64,000 nt of DNA, taken from Camelus dromedarius (taxonomy: Eukaryota). Below, piece by piece: positions 1-13,056 of this stretch. The stretch is taken from the NCBI RefSeq assembly GCF_036321535.1, contig NC_087436.1, positions 107,510,001 through 107,574,000 of the forward strand, given 5' to 3'. The position numbers and the translations under genes are program-made. Position 1 is the first letter of the stretch; each line of letters begins with the position of its first letter. The notes beneath the pieces are model-generated. The model was not told the DNA's origin. It worked only from the letters and a program-made list of their open reading frames with translations, and did no database searches.

Positions 1-829
1 AAATGGATGCTAGAAGGCAAGATGGGATGGGAGCTGAAGCACCATGAGGGGGCTGGCTTTTGACAGAGCAGGGACATTCCATCCCCACGTGGTGACAGGA
101 GGGAGCGTGGGCAGACAGGCAGACAGGTGGGGTGAAGATGGCCTTCCTGCCCCATGGCTTTTATTTTCTCAAAGACCTGGAGGCAGAGTGGGGGGGGGGG
201 GTGCGTAGGTGGTGTGAAGGGCGAGGTAAAGAGGAGTGAAGTCCTTCTGAAAAGGGGGAGCGGTGAGTGACCATCCTGGGGATTGCGGAATGTCACCGGG
301 GTGGAGTTGTGTCCATTTTTGCTTGTGATCAAATCCAAAGGGAGATGGTTGGCACAGTGATTTCTCTCCCGCCACTTTCAGTTTAGAGATGAGAACGGGT
401 GGGATTAGCCAGTTGGCTTCATTGCCAGGTGAGCGCAACAGAGGGAGAGAAGGAGCAAGGTGATTTTAATGAATAGACTCGAAAGTTAGCCTGAATTCCT
501 GTGGGTCAAGGATAAGGTTTTTATCTTTGAATTCAAGGTCTTCTTTTCCTCTGGAGCCGTATTTCCCAATACTCAGCACAACTTTTCTTCCCTACGCACG
601 TCGATTGAGGCACTATTAATATTGTAAGCACAGTGCTGAGTGCTAAGGATTCAGAGATAAAGTCTTTCAGGTACCATGGAACTTGCAGTCCACCTTGGCA
701 ATCAGTGCTAGGCTGACTCCCCCGTTTCTTGTGACTGCATCCCACCTCATGTTTGCTTACATTACTGCAGCTGTCATACTGTTTGGAATTATTTAATTGA
801 TAGTCCTCACTCTCTTACCAGATTGTAAA

Positions 830-1508
830 TTTTTTTTTAAATTGAAGTATAGTTGATTTAGTTGGATATACAACACAGTAATTCAATATTTTTATAACTT
901 TAAATGGAGTATAATCTATAACAAAAGAATGGCTATATTTCTCTGTGATGTGTCATATATCCTTGTTGCTTACTTATTTTTTACACAGTAGTTTGTATCT
1001 CCCAATCCCCTAACCTTATCTTGCCCATCTCCCCATTCCCTCTCCCTACCCATAGCCATTAGTTTGTTCTCTGTATCTGAGAGTCTCTTTTTGTTTTATT
1101 TACATTCCTTTGTTTTGTTTTTTATATCCACATATTAAGTGATGACCGAGTATTTTTCTCTGTCTGACATTTCTCTAAGCATAATACTTTGTAGGTCCAT
1201 CCACCTTATTGCAAAGGCAAAATTTCTTTTTTATGTCTGAGTAATATTCCATTGTAAATATGTACTACATTTTCTTTGTTCATTCATCTGTTGATGGGCA
1301 CTTAGGTTGCTTTCATATCTAGGCTATTGTAAATAGTGCTGCTATGAACATTGAGGTGTATGCATCTTTTTGAATTAGTGCTTTTGTTTTCTTCAGATAT
1401 ATTTTTGTTTTCTTCAGGTATATACCTAGCAGTGGAGTTTCTGGATCATATGGTAGTTCTATTTTTAGTTTTCTGAGGAACCTCCACACTGTTTTCCATA
1501 GTGGCTGC
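830..1508 (-). mobile_element. 5'-truncated L1 (3' UTR plus ORF2 C-terminus)
   Basis: T tail then aattgaagtatagttgattta; ORF 1319..1510 [22 protein letters not shown] is L1 ORF2 C-terminus; TSD accagattgtaaa (817-829) / accagattgtgaa (1509-1521). Confidence 0.92.
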
Positions 1509-3134
1509 ACCAGATTGTGAACTCTTGATGGTGATATTTATGTCTGTATCCTCAGTGTTTATCACATGAACACTCAGTAAATCTTTGTACAAAGAAGTCC
1601 CATTTTCCCCATTATTTTTTTTTCCCCTCAAGTAGGGCTAGGGGAAGAATCTTGCATTATTTTTAACATGGGATGGTGGCTGTATCATCGATAAGCTTTG
1701 AGAGCCTTCAAAGAAGAATATCCAGTCTACAAGGTGAAGGCCTAAATTCCCACTCTGCATTTGGTAGTGAAAAGTGTCTCTCTCTTTCCCAGATTAATTT
1801 GTTTTTTTTATTCCTCATTTCTTGATCCACTTCCCTCCTACTTCTTGAGAAACTGTCACTTATCTTTTCAGTGTTTTAAGTTTCTCCCCTAATTTGTGAT
1901 ATTTCTCCTTGGTGTATTTAGCCTCTGTTTAAAAATAAAAACAAAAACAAAAAAAACTCCCCTTCCCCAAACCACCCTGTAGCAGCAGCACTTGGGAGCA
2001 GCTGCTCTTCCTTCACAATTAAGCTTCTTAGAAAGTAGTGTGAATCCATCCTCTGCATTTCCTTATCTCTTATTTCAGTTTCAGTCCATTGTTGTCTGGT
2101 TTTTGCACTGTGCCTTGCCTGGAATCTGCCTGGATTCAAAGATCTTCCATTCCTCCACTGCATGTGTGGTTGTCTTCTGGTCCTTCAGCTTGGTGGTCAC
2201 CACATCAGTTATCATGCTCACTTAATTACTCAATTTAGGCAGTTTCACATGGTTTGGGCTCAGAAACTCCTGTGAGGAAATGGCTAGCTTGGCTGCATGA
2301 TCTCCTGCCAAAATAGACCATGAAGAACAGTGCCTCCAGGGGCGTGGTGTGCTTTTTAAGGCAAAGCGCTAAGGAATGGGTGTCGTCCACTCTGAACCAG
2401 GATAAACACAGATTGTCTACTTGAGATTATTGCCGACTTAAAGAACCTAGTTAACTGTCTACTATGACTTGATTTTTCAGAGCTCCTTGCTGGGGAAAAA
2501 AAAAAGGTATTTAAGTTCTTCCCTCAGGGATAAAGTTGAAAAACTTGTCCATCAACTTAGCTAAAATAGCTTTTAGCAACCATAGACGGGGGCCATGATG
2601 TAAGAATTTTGTCAGACTTCCCCTTTTTAAGCTTTATGTTCTCAGGTCCTTGTGTTAGTGTTTCCATCATTTTTCATTTTAGTGTTGAAAGAAACTTAAA
2701 ATTGCAGGTGCCTTATTGTCACTGCATGCAGCAGAGATGAGAGAGGAATTGTGAAGACCTTCTACACCAAGTCTTAGTACATAGAGTGAGAGTGGATGGT
2801 AGCAGCTTGTAAGTGGAAAGGAAAGTGTTCATTTTTCTGTTGGGGTGTCGATAGTAAAGTCAACGTGAAGATCCTGGTCTTCTCATTGTTCTTTGAAGAG
2901 AGTGGGGTTTCACAAAACACTCCTTAGCTTTCTGCTGAAGTTAATTTGGTAAATCTGCTGTTTCTACTTCTGATGTAACCTTAAAGGGTCCGTGATTGAG
3001 TTGGCTAATGTACATAGTTAAAAACTTTCTTTCTAATGCTAGTTCGACTTTCTGCTAAAACTAGTTTGGTAATTATCTTAAACTACCATGAGTAGTACAA
3101 ACTAAGGTGTCCATAAAGCCTTCACAACTTGATA

Positions 3135-3338
3135 GAGTTGACCCTTGAACAACATGGATTTGAGTCATGTGCAGGGGTGCACTTATGCATGAAATTTTAT
3201 CAGTGGTAAATGCTATAGACTGAGGTTGGTGAATCGTAGATCTGGATTAACTTGTATGCTGAAGGCTGACTATAAATTATGCTCGGATTCTCGACTTGGT
3301 GGAGGGCCCTAACCCCCATGTTGTTCAGTGGTCAACTG
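3135..3338. mobile_element. Tigger2a/MER28-like MITE (TcMar-Tigger)
   Basis: 23-bp terminal inverted repeats (20/23 match, agttgacc..tgaacaacatgg) flanked by TA at 3133-3134 and 3339-3340. Confidence 0.85.
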
Positions 3339-4595
3339 TATATAAGTGCCCTTAACTGATCTACAAGTTCTGATGGCAACCAGCGTTGTGACATATATCA
3401 TGTGCCATACTGTGCCAAGTGCTCTGCATACGCATCTCAGTTGTTAAAGCAACTTCTCCAGGTTGGTGGTGTCTCTATTTTTTCAGGTGTGCCAACTGAG
3501 TGTGGACAGGTAAATTGGTTCTCTCCAGTTGCACACTTGAGGCTTCTGGCCCAGGACTGTGGCCTTTAGGCCTGTAAGTCTCACTGTTACTAGGTCCATA
3601 AAAGTCACAACGTGAATGCTCATTTTGGCAGTAGGGGTGGGGGTAAGACTTTGAAGAACAAAAGATACAGGGGACTTGTTTAAACCATTTCTTTAGAGCT
3701 GGCTGATGGATGTGGAAACAAAGGAACTTGGAATCTTTACCTGGTACTTGTTTTGCTGTTCAGCTAACTCAGGGAGGAAGTTTAACATCTTGTTTTGCTG
3801 TTACCAGGGGACCTGGGCGTCATACTTAGGACCTCAGTGTGGTATTGATTATTCCGGAGTCCTCTTACCTGCATTCTTGAGATTGAAATTTTGGTCCTGG
3901 AGTAATCAATGACCTTTCTCAGTCATAGCTGCCGTATTAAGATGAAAGGAATAAGGACATCATAGGGCGCAGGTGCGTTTTTGGTAGGTCTGCATGGGAA
4001 GTGGAAAGAACCCATAAAGCTCTTTTTAGGGACCACTGACACCTGCCTGTCAAAGCTGAGTCTGGGTAGGCAGGGAACTGGCATTCCTACCCCTTATTTG
4101 ATACAGATGACCGGAAAGGAGGATACAGGGGAAATAGCAATGAGTCTGAATGGATACGGAGGCTCACATCAGCTTTGCTGCCAAGTAGAATGGTGACCCT
4201 TGGCAAATCATAATTTTTATGGCTCTCGCTTTCCTGAAGAGTAAAATAGGGCTTTGCATTAAATTATCTTTAAGGTTTTTTTTAGCTGCTGAAATTCAAG
4301 GTTACTGAGATAATTTTTAAAAATCCAGAGCTTATATGCACATTTAATGAAGCTCAGATTGTTGTATTAGAGGGCACTCATCGCAATATAATAGTAACTC
4401 AGTGCCAGGGCTGTTTGCTGGGTGGGTGTTGGGTCTGTTCAGTCCTTAGCACCTGGCCTGCCTGGTTCTCCAGCCCGCAGACCTCTTCCCACCCATCTTA
4501 GGCTAACTGCCCCTCAGTTACTGGCTGGGCCATGCCCTCATTCCCTAGGGCTCATCCCAGCATCCGCAGGACCTTGTGCTTTCATCCTGTTAACT

Positions 4596-4626
<31 letters not shown>

Positions 4627-5754
4627 GGTCCCTGAGTTCCTGTGTGAGATCTGACCCCTTGATGAGCTCTTGTACTAAACCCTGGTTGTCTCTTTGAATA
4701 GCCCATTCTTTCCTCTGTCCCAAGAGTATAGAGTATTAGACCCCAGCTCAGTGAGGCCACCAGCCTGCTTATCTGAGTTATCACAGGAATGTACAGGGTG
4801 TTCATAAAGTTTAGGAACATAGACTTTTTTTTTTTTTTTTTTTTTAGCAAAGTGAAGTTGCCTTTCATGACTTTACAGATACAAACACAGTGCATTTTCC
4901 CGTCTATTTGCAGACCTTATGGATACCCTACGGATTCTGTGTTGTGCAGTCATTTCGGCTGCCTGCGTGCTCCCCCACCCTTGACTGCTTTGACCATCTG
5001 ACCACATGTTTATTACAAATCCTTGGTGCCACTGTTCTGGCTGATTCTGTTTCACAGCACTTCCCTGTTGACTCTCTACACATAACACACTCTAGTGGGC
5101 AGGCCAGTTCCTGGTCATGATTCCTCCATCAGCTGTTAAAAAATACATTGAGGTAGTAACTGCCTATGAGAGAATTTCTGCAATAGAACCAGCGTGGCAA
5201 ATAGATTTCTTGAATGATGGCACCTATGAATGGGGAGGAGCCACAGGAGTGTTGCCTGAGCTTGTCAGGAAAGTACCAGAACTGACTCCTGACCTGGCAT
5301 GGGATGGGGAGGCGGGGGCACACGGGCTGCTGTATGCCAACAGCCCTGGAAGCCCGAAATTCTGTTAATCACTGGATTAATTGTTTGGTTTCTTACAATC
5401 TTAGGGTTACGTGGCTTTTTGTTCATATCAGGGTTCTTCTCTGTGCAATATACTTTAGAAGAGTGGCTCAGTCACCTACATTTACAAAGGTCTCAGGAGA
5501 TTTCTTACCAGTAGGATTATTTCAATTCTGTGCTTAGTAGTAAGCACAATCCTTGTCAGAAATAATGATTTCACTCTTCGGTGATAATTTCCAGAATGTG
5601 CTGAGTATCTTTTGATAGCACTGGCACCTAGCACTTGGACCAGCTGCCTAAGGATTTGGGGGAGATTGTATTGGAAAATGCTGGTTCCCATGTAGTAAGA
5701 ACCTCCTACGACTTGGTGAGAAAAGACAGGTGATCTATTTAGAAATACGGGCCA

Positions 5755-5980
5755 ACAGTAATAGGTAATGTTTGCTGAATGTGCCAGGTCCTGTTGTAAG
5801 TGGCTTAAGTGTTAGTTGATTGTTGTAGTTCCCTGATGAGGCCATTATTATTATGATCCCTCTTTTGTGCCTGAGCAGGTGGGGCAGAGAGCTCATTAAT
5901 TTCCCTGAGGTCACCCGGGCAGTAAGTGATGGAACCAGGGTTTGAGCCGACAGTCTGGCTCGAGAACTCAGACTTAAAAC
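5755..5980 (-). mobile_element. MIR SINE
   Basis: MIR core: ttccctgaggtcacccgggcagtaagtgatggaaccagggtttgagcc. Confidence 0.75.
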
Positions 5981-6199
5981 CGGTGTGTTGTAATGGTCAA
6001 AGGGCATTCCAGACCTTCACAGAAAGGGAGCACAAATTCACAATGGGGAATGCAAAGTAAAATCACGGGATACCACTTTTCACTGCTCAGATTCCAGCGT
6101 GACTCTGGCAGGAATACCTCACAGGTGATGTGTCTGCTCACTCCCTTCCTCTGTCCACCCCATTCGTGAACTTAGGAGCATCCCCACTATTGGTATCCA

Positions 6200-6345
6200 A
6201 GTTCTCTGCAGCCAGCTGGCACCCTGAGCAGAGGACCCGCTCACTCGGTGCCTGGATTTCTGACCTGCAGAATGGTGTGAATTGATGTTGATTTAAAGCA
6301 CTCAGGTTGTGGTACTTTGTTATGCAGCAAAAGAAAACTAATACA
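6200..6345 (+). mobile_element. MaLR (MLT1) LTR 3' portion
   Basis: Typical MLT1 end tgtggtactttgttatgcagcaaaagaaaactaataca. Confidence 0.75.
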
Positions 6346-9300
6346 GACCTTTGAGAGATTGTCTCTGTTTAAAGGATTTCCCCTTCCTGTCTGCCCTTTA
6401 AATTCCTATTCATTTTTTTTTAACAACAAAGATTAGAAATGTTTCCCTTCATCACCCTTATTTTAGCAACATTTAAAACTCTGTGCTCCCTTGGAATCAG
6501 TTATGCACCCGTCTTGTAGCACTTCAATACTGAGAGCCGTCTGTTGTATTAGTTCTTAAGGTCTATTTTTGTGTCCTTTAATGGCACTCTCAGCACATAG
6601 TAGGTGTTCAGATATATTCTCAATGCGTAGTAGGTTTGTCATGAATATCAGCTTAAAAATCAGACTCAAAATCCTAGAAGAACCTCGGTATGGTCCCAGG
6701 AGAAAGCTCTCTATTTGATTAAAAAAACAAATAAACTTGCTTTAATTGTATTCATAAATATTGTGTCGAGTTTTTTTTATGATCTTACAGACACCTTGAA
6801 AAAGGGGCTCCCTTTTCTCATTGAGCTGATGTGTTCATTAGATAACATGAAGTGTTCTTTAATAAACAATTTTTCATTTTTAGGTGTTTTCAAAAGATAG
6901 TATGACATTAAAAAAAATTTAGCTTTTCTTAACCAAATGCTATTTGATTATATGTGAACTAATTCTAAAGCAGAAAAATAGATAATTTCCTTTTTATTTA
7001 TAAAGCTACTGAATAAAGAATCTGAAATAATTATACAAAAAAGCAGACCTTCTAAAAAAAAAAAAGTCAGGTCTTTGATAAAAATGCCTGGGAACTTGAA
7101 TGATTATTTAATGAACAATTTGAGTAGCTAAGGGTGACCATATGCCCAGGTTGACACCTGTTGTCTTGGTGTAATTATTAATGCGAATGTAAGCATCAAG
7201 TGTCTGGTGACAAATTATATTGTGACCGTGTAATAGTGTGTTAGCTGTTGATATCTTTGGCTTGCTGTCTAATTTAAAAAAATTGTACACTGTGCAGAGA
7301 TTGAAGTTGGAAGTACTCTCGCTTACAGCTTCACGAAGGCAGGCTAAGTATACTGAACTCTCCCCCAATTCACCAAATCCATGCATTATTGAATAAAGCC
7401 AGTTAAGAGCTTTAAAATGTTGTCAGTTGGATTTTGTTGTTTTTATAGTCCCAGGCCAGAGAACAGAACCACAACTTCCTGCCGGCAGGCCCAGCGTGCA
7501 TCCCTTGTTTTGCGTTTGGGGGTTGGATGTTGGGCCAGGATGACTACAGCACTTAGGAGTGGGTGTGCTCAGGGACACCTGATTGTTTTACAGGGAGCCT
7601 GCAGCTTTAACTTGGGTTGACCTATGACACATTCTGTTTCAGCAGGCACCCTTGTGGTTAGACGTCATCATCCTGTTAAGTGAGAGGTGGTTTGAGACTT
7701 TTCTCTGGGTTTTGGCAACTTCGTAAAGGGAAAGGCTAGCCTCCCTGCATGAGGGATGGGGTGGGCTAGACACCAAACCCGGCCCCCCAGGCATTCAGCA
7801 TCCAGAGGGGAGGCAGGAGAGGAAGGAGGCCTCCACTTTTAGGAAATGGCTCCTTTGCAACCCCCTCAGTGGATATACATTGAACCACACTTGTTTACTT
7901 TTTCTCCTTCCCTTCCAAATTTCTGCGGAAAAACGACAGAAGAAACATAAAAATATGAACAGACCCGTAACTAATGGGGCTGGAAAATGACAAAGGTGCT
8001 GCCGTGTTCCAGAAGCATGGAGGATGCTGTGGAATAAATAAAACAGATGGGATCAGGTTGTTGGGGAAACTGCCCAGCAAAGGAACTTACAACTCCATAG
8101 AGACAAGAGCAGGGATAACTCAACTAATGCATTTTCTTAACAGGGTCCTGGAAGAGTCCCAAGAATTGAAACTATAGGGAGAGGCAGGGGGCGGGTGAGA
8201 GAATGCTTCGCCGTGACCAATAGCCCTGGAACAGCTGCTGCAGCTCCGCTTCCCTTGAGTTGGGCTCAGAGGGCTTGGTGGTAGGGCTGCCTCTGCGACA
8301 AAGCCCTTAGCTTAGTTTTAAATAAGTTGGGGGACTTGCCGGGCAGAATACCGGTGGGCGACTGTAGCCGGAAGGAGAAGTTGTCGGGGACTGGAGGTTT
8401 CTCTCGTGTCCCTACCTTCTGAGGATGTGGGGCTTCTGTACCTCAAAATAAGGGCACTTTGTTCGCCTCCCTTTCCTACCCACTCCCCATCATTTTCATG
8501 TGGGCAAGAGAAACCTTTTTCATCAGTCCAGACCCCCGTCTGTCAGTATGAGCAGGCAGCCGTGGGTCGTCAGCGTGCGAGAGGAGATCCACAGAATGAT
8601 GAAGGAAAGATAATACAGGAAACAGCTCATTCCTGGTCTCAGACCCAAGAGCACAGCAAATCCACAAAGCAGGGGCTGGCGAGGGGAAGGAGCTGGTGAG
8701 CAGAGGAGGCAGTCTGGTGGACCATGCCAGCTAAGGGCTCTTTGAGCTTGGGGTCCACAGCAAAATGGGAACGCTACGGACCGAGAAAATTCGTGGTCTA
8801 GAAAATGGAGCCGAGGAGTTCTTCCAAAATTGAAAGCAAACGGTTTAAGAATTTTGAAGCATAATTAAGAGATGGTGGAGACCTAGTATCCAACTAAGAA
8901 GTGGATGGAGAAGGAAAAATCCGGGTGTTTGATTCTTCGATGCCATCAAGGGTCAGATGCCTGTTTCCAAACAGCTTTTCAGTGAGGGCGCTGGTGTCTC
9001 TAATAATGCACATTTATTTTTCCCACTCCATGAAATATCACTTCCTCTTAAGTCAACACCCAGCCTTCTCCTTTAGAGTTCTTCTGAATCACTTGACCAT
9101 TCTCGTTAGGCAGAGTGTCATTGTAATACAAAGCTTTTTATTGGAATATAGTTTCAAACTTACATGACAGTTAAAAGAATAAGAATAATGGGTGGAACTC
9201 TCGTATATTTTATACCAGGATTTGCCAGATTTTGCTATTAATAACATTTTACCCCTTTATCAGTTTTTCTGTGTGTATACGATAAATGTATTTTAAGACA

Positions 9301-10173
9301 TTTAACAGCGTGATGCATATAAACCACTGAGCTTTTTATAAAAGTGAATTTGAGTTTTTCTTTTGCATCTTTAGTCTTGGCAATATGATTTGGATCTCTA
9401 TAAAGAATATTAGGGTTTTGTTTTTACTTTTTACTTGGTTAACCTAACAATCCCCTATCCCCCCCCCCATTTCATCACGTGTCACTGGAAGTTTAACAGC
9501 CTCTCTTATAAATTAGCTGGCAGCTTATGAGAGATGGGAGCTGCTTCAGTGCTAATTCTCCATGACACATGAATGAATCCCACCAGCCTCTCCTAAATGT
9601 TAAATTCTGAGAGATTTAACATTTCTACTGCTTTTAATTCCGCTGACTGCCATATAATATGCAGTCTTCTATTACACAACTTTTTATTTCAGTGCTGTAT
9701 CATAGTGAAACCTTAATGTATAAACATTAAGCCGTAATTAAGGATCCAGATTTAACATTCATCCACAGTTTGTGTATTTGCCAGCAGTGACAACTACTGA
9801 CAAATTCATGACTTATTCCTTTTCTTAGCAGCTGGATGTGTCTTTTGAGATCCATTTTAAGATGGTCCTAATTTTAGAAGGGTTAAAATGTGGAAAAAAT
9901 ATCTTAAGTTTTATTACAATAGTGAAGAAAACTAGACATATTCTGGTAAATTTTTTGATTCCCCCCAGCTTCTTTTTTGTTGCCCCCCTACAAGCCTCAG
10001 AAAGAAGAAATGAGTGTGGAACTGAGATTTATACTTCTCATGTGAACCACTGGATGCCAGGACACTGGAGATGCTGTATCATTAATTCCTGAGGGAGGGA
10101 TCTTTGAACATAGAACCTTCAACCCAGCCGTATTTTTATTTCATTCGTTTGTTGAACAGATATGTGGGCATCT

Positions 10174-10647
10174 TGTCAGCTGGATCGTCTGGGAAGCACA
10201 TGCCAGAGTGGAGTTAGTAAGATGTTTATTTGGGGAAACAGCTGTGAAAAATACAGGGAGACAAAGCAGAAGGGAATGTGGAGAGCATTTCGGTTGGGAT
10301 GCAGGTGTGGTGCCTGTGAAAGAGGGGGGTGGAGGAAGGACGCTGAGGGTAGGACAGGCCTCAGACTGCGGCAAAGCTGTATGAAAGTCTTGGCCAGCCC
10401 AGCAGGAAGCTCTGGTGCAGAGACAGACCATCGGGGAGTCTGTCCTGTCCGGGAAAGGAGAACCCCCTCATCCCTGCTGTGCTCAGTCATGGGCTGGCAT
10501 TCCCTGGAAAGTGGGTGGCCTCTGTTTGGAAACTGAGGCTGGTCCTCTGGACAGCTGCAGCTGGAGCGTTCAGCTCCCTGCTCTCCTGCGCAGGGTCTTT
10601 CCGGAAGGGAGATGTGAGTGGCGTGGTGGTGCACCTCCGCAGCCACA
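10174..10647 (-). mobile_element. ERVL-type LTR (LTR16-like)
   Basis: tgtc...ctgggaagcacatgccagagtggagttag..aagatgtttatt..gggaaacagctgtgaa start, ends gcagccaca; accounts for the ORF cluster at 10141-10792. Confidence 0.6.
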
Positions 10648-11327
10648 AGGGTCACTCATGCATCAGGTGCTGTTTGAATCCTCACTCACTACCTGGTTCC
10701 AGTGTGAACCTGGGCAAGTTACCGAACTTGTAAATTTTTGTTGTTATTGTTTTAGAGAAAATAGTAGTACCAGTTTCACAGTGTTCTTGTGAGCAGTGAA
10801 CGAGTGTCTATCACATGAAGAACGGCTCACACATTCACCACCACGTTCTTTTTTTGTGGCAATGCGGTGGCAGTCAAGATGGAAAAGATCTCCACACTTT
10901 ATGGTTTCTACCTGGTCATGGGAGACACGGTAAATAGACAAATACCACAGTAATTTCAGATAATGAAAAGTGCTGTTAAAACAAAATATAGCAGACAGAG
11001 TGAGGGTACATTTTTTTTGACACACACGGACTGAAGCATATCATCCAGAATTTTTTCTGCAGGAATGAATGAATGCATCCCATGAACAGAAGGGCACATT
11101 GGCAAACAGCCTGGTAATACTTGGGACTTGCTGATGTGTGTCATTGCTGACGGCATGCGGAATTAAATGTGATTTTAAAATAAAGATGATTCAAACCGAC
11201 AGGGTGTTCTGAAACCCTCTAGATAACTCTTAGCTCTTTCTTGCTGGGAAGAATTAATTTAGAAATTAGCACTTGATTTTCATTTGTCTGAAAACAGAGA
11301 ACAGGCTAGGGCAGAGTATAGTAAAAT

Positions 11328-11640
11328 AGGAGTCAGCCAACTTTTTCTATAAAGAGCCAGATAGTAAATATTTTAGACTTCCTCGGCCAGACAGTCTGCG
11401 TTGGCACTGCTCACGTCTGCCCTCAGAGCATCAAAGCCGTCGTAGACAATGTGGGAACAAATGGGCATGGTTGTGTTCCAGTGAAACTTCAGGAATGTTG
11501 AAATTTGAATTTCATAGACTTTTCATGTGTCATAAAATATTATTCTTTTGGTTTTCTATCAACCATCAAGGAACATAAAAACCATTGTTAGAGCCCGTGG
11601 GCTGTCAGGAGGACAGGTGGTGGGTGGGATTTGGCTGCCC
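11328..11640. mobile_element. MER58B-like hAT-Charlie element
   Basis: aactttttctataaagagccagatagtaaatattttag...gtagacaat...ggttgtgttccagtgaaactt resembles MER58 consensus. Confidence 0.75.
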
Positions 11641-12049
11641 CCAGGGAACATGGAGGAGGAACCAGTTTTCATTAGTGGGATAAATGAAGCGAAGCACTAA
11701 ACATTCACTTCTGAGGGGCTGACGTTTCTGGTTGTCGCTTCTAATGGGTGGCCCTAAAGATTTAGGCCGTGTGCCCGTTGAGGTTAGTGACTCAAAAGCA
11801 TAGCCTCGCTGTACTGTCTTATTTTTTTTTTGTACCCGATAAAGATGTAGCAATAACAGGCTTTATTCTACGTGAGAAATACAGTACAGAATCAGTTTGC
11901 GGTATTATTTGAGCAAATCAGAAGTGTCAAGGGATAGACACTTTTAATAGGTAAATGCATTCCCTCAGTATGCCTCTGGTCCTGCTGTGTGAATACCTGA
12001 AGAGCTTCCTCTCCCCCCCATTCTGCATGGTACCGTTTTATGGATGACT

Positions 12050-12570
12050 TGACTCAAACCTGTATTCCTGGAACCAATCTAAACATCCGGTAATTAGCTC
12101 TTATAAACAATAATGCAATGGATAGTTGTGTTATATAAATATATAATTATGTAACATGTACTATATTCTGCACAAGTACAAGTACGTCTTTCGGAGAAAC
12201 TTCCAGAAGGAGAATTACTGGATCAGATATTATACCTGCACTTGTACTTTTACCTTCCACAGTGATTGTACTAATTGACAGCAAAATATGAGTGGCTGTT
12301 TCTCTCTGAATAGAAAATGTGTTACCACATTTTCCCTGATTCTGGTAAGTGATTTATGGTGTCTTATTTTAGTAACTTACATTTCTCTTGTGACTGAAGT
12401 TGTATATCCCTTCATGTGATTATGATCCGTTAGTGTTTACTTTTGTTGAACTATCTGTTCGTGGCCTTTGCTGGATTTTTTTTTTTTTTAAGAGCTCTTG
12501 ATATATTTGGGAAATTAGTCCTTTGTCTTTGATATTCGTTGTAAATATTTGTTGTTTATCTTTTAACATT
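12050..12570 (-). mobile_element. Old L1M fragment (ORF2 end / 3' UTR)
   Basis: Degenerate L1 motifs gaattactggatca, gattgtactaatt, aactatctgttcgtggcctttgc, aagagctcttgatatatt. Confidence 0.55.
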
Positions 12571-12681
12571 GTGGTGGATTTAAAAAAATCAAAAAGAAGC
12601 TTTTAAAATACACAACATTTTAAAACTTTAGTCCCATTTGCGCCTTTCGCTAGTTCTGGAAGATCTTTGGTTATTATGCTT

Positions 12682-12808
12682 CTTTTTTGTGGGGACAGGT
12701 AATTAGGTTTATTCATTGATTTAGTTATTTTAATGGAGGTACTGGGGATTGAACCCAGGACCCCATGCTTTCTAGGCAAGTTCTCTACCCCTGAGCTATA
12801 CCCTCCCC
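12682..12808 (-). mobile_element. tRNA-derived SINE, camelid vic-1/ALPINE type (long form)
   Basis: Reverse strand reads ggggagggtatagctcag (A box)...gggttcaatccccagtacctcc (B box)...aaacctaattacctg..(A)n. Confidence 0.85.
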
Positions 12809-12899
12809 TCTAGTCATGGTTCTAAATCTGCCTGCTTTCCATTTTCTCTTTTTCTTTTTCTGAGACTGTCCTTGTTTTCACCTGATCCTCTGAGGATTT

Positions 12900-13056
12900 C
12901 CTTCTCTTCTAGGACACGTGGGTGTAGAGCCCACCCTAATCCAGGAGGATCTCATCTCAAAACCTTTCTATCACACACACCTTTTTCTAGTTAAGGTCAC
13001 ATTTATAGGTTCTGGGGGAACATATCTTTTTAAGGGGCACCATTCATCCCACTATA
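12900..13056 (-). mobile_element. MLT1B-like MaLR LTR fragment
   Basis: cccaccctaatccagg..gatctcatctc...aaggtcacatttataggttctggggg...caccattcatcccactata. Confidence 0.7.

Noticed and set aside
10141..10792. Overlapping ORFs up to 159 aa on both strands
   Set aside because: GC-rich LTR16-like remnant with few stop codons; no recognisable domain
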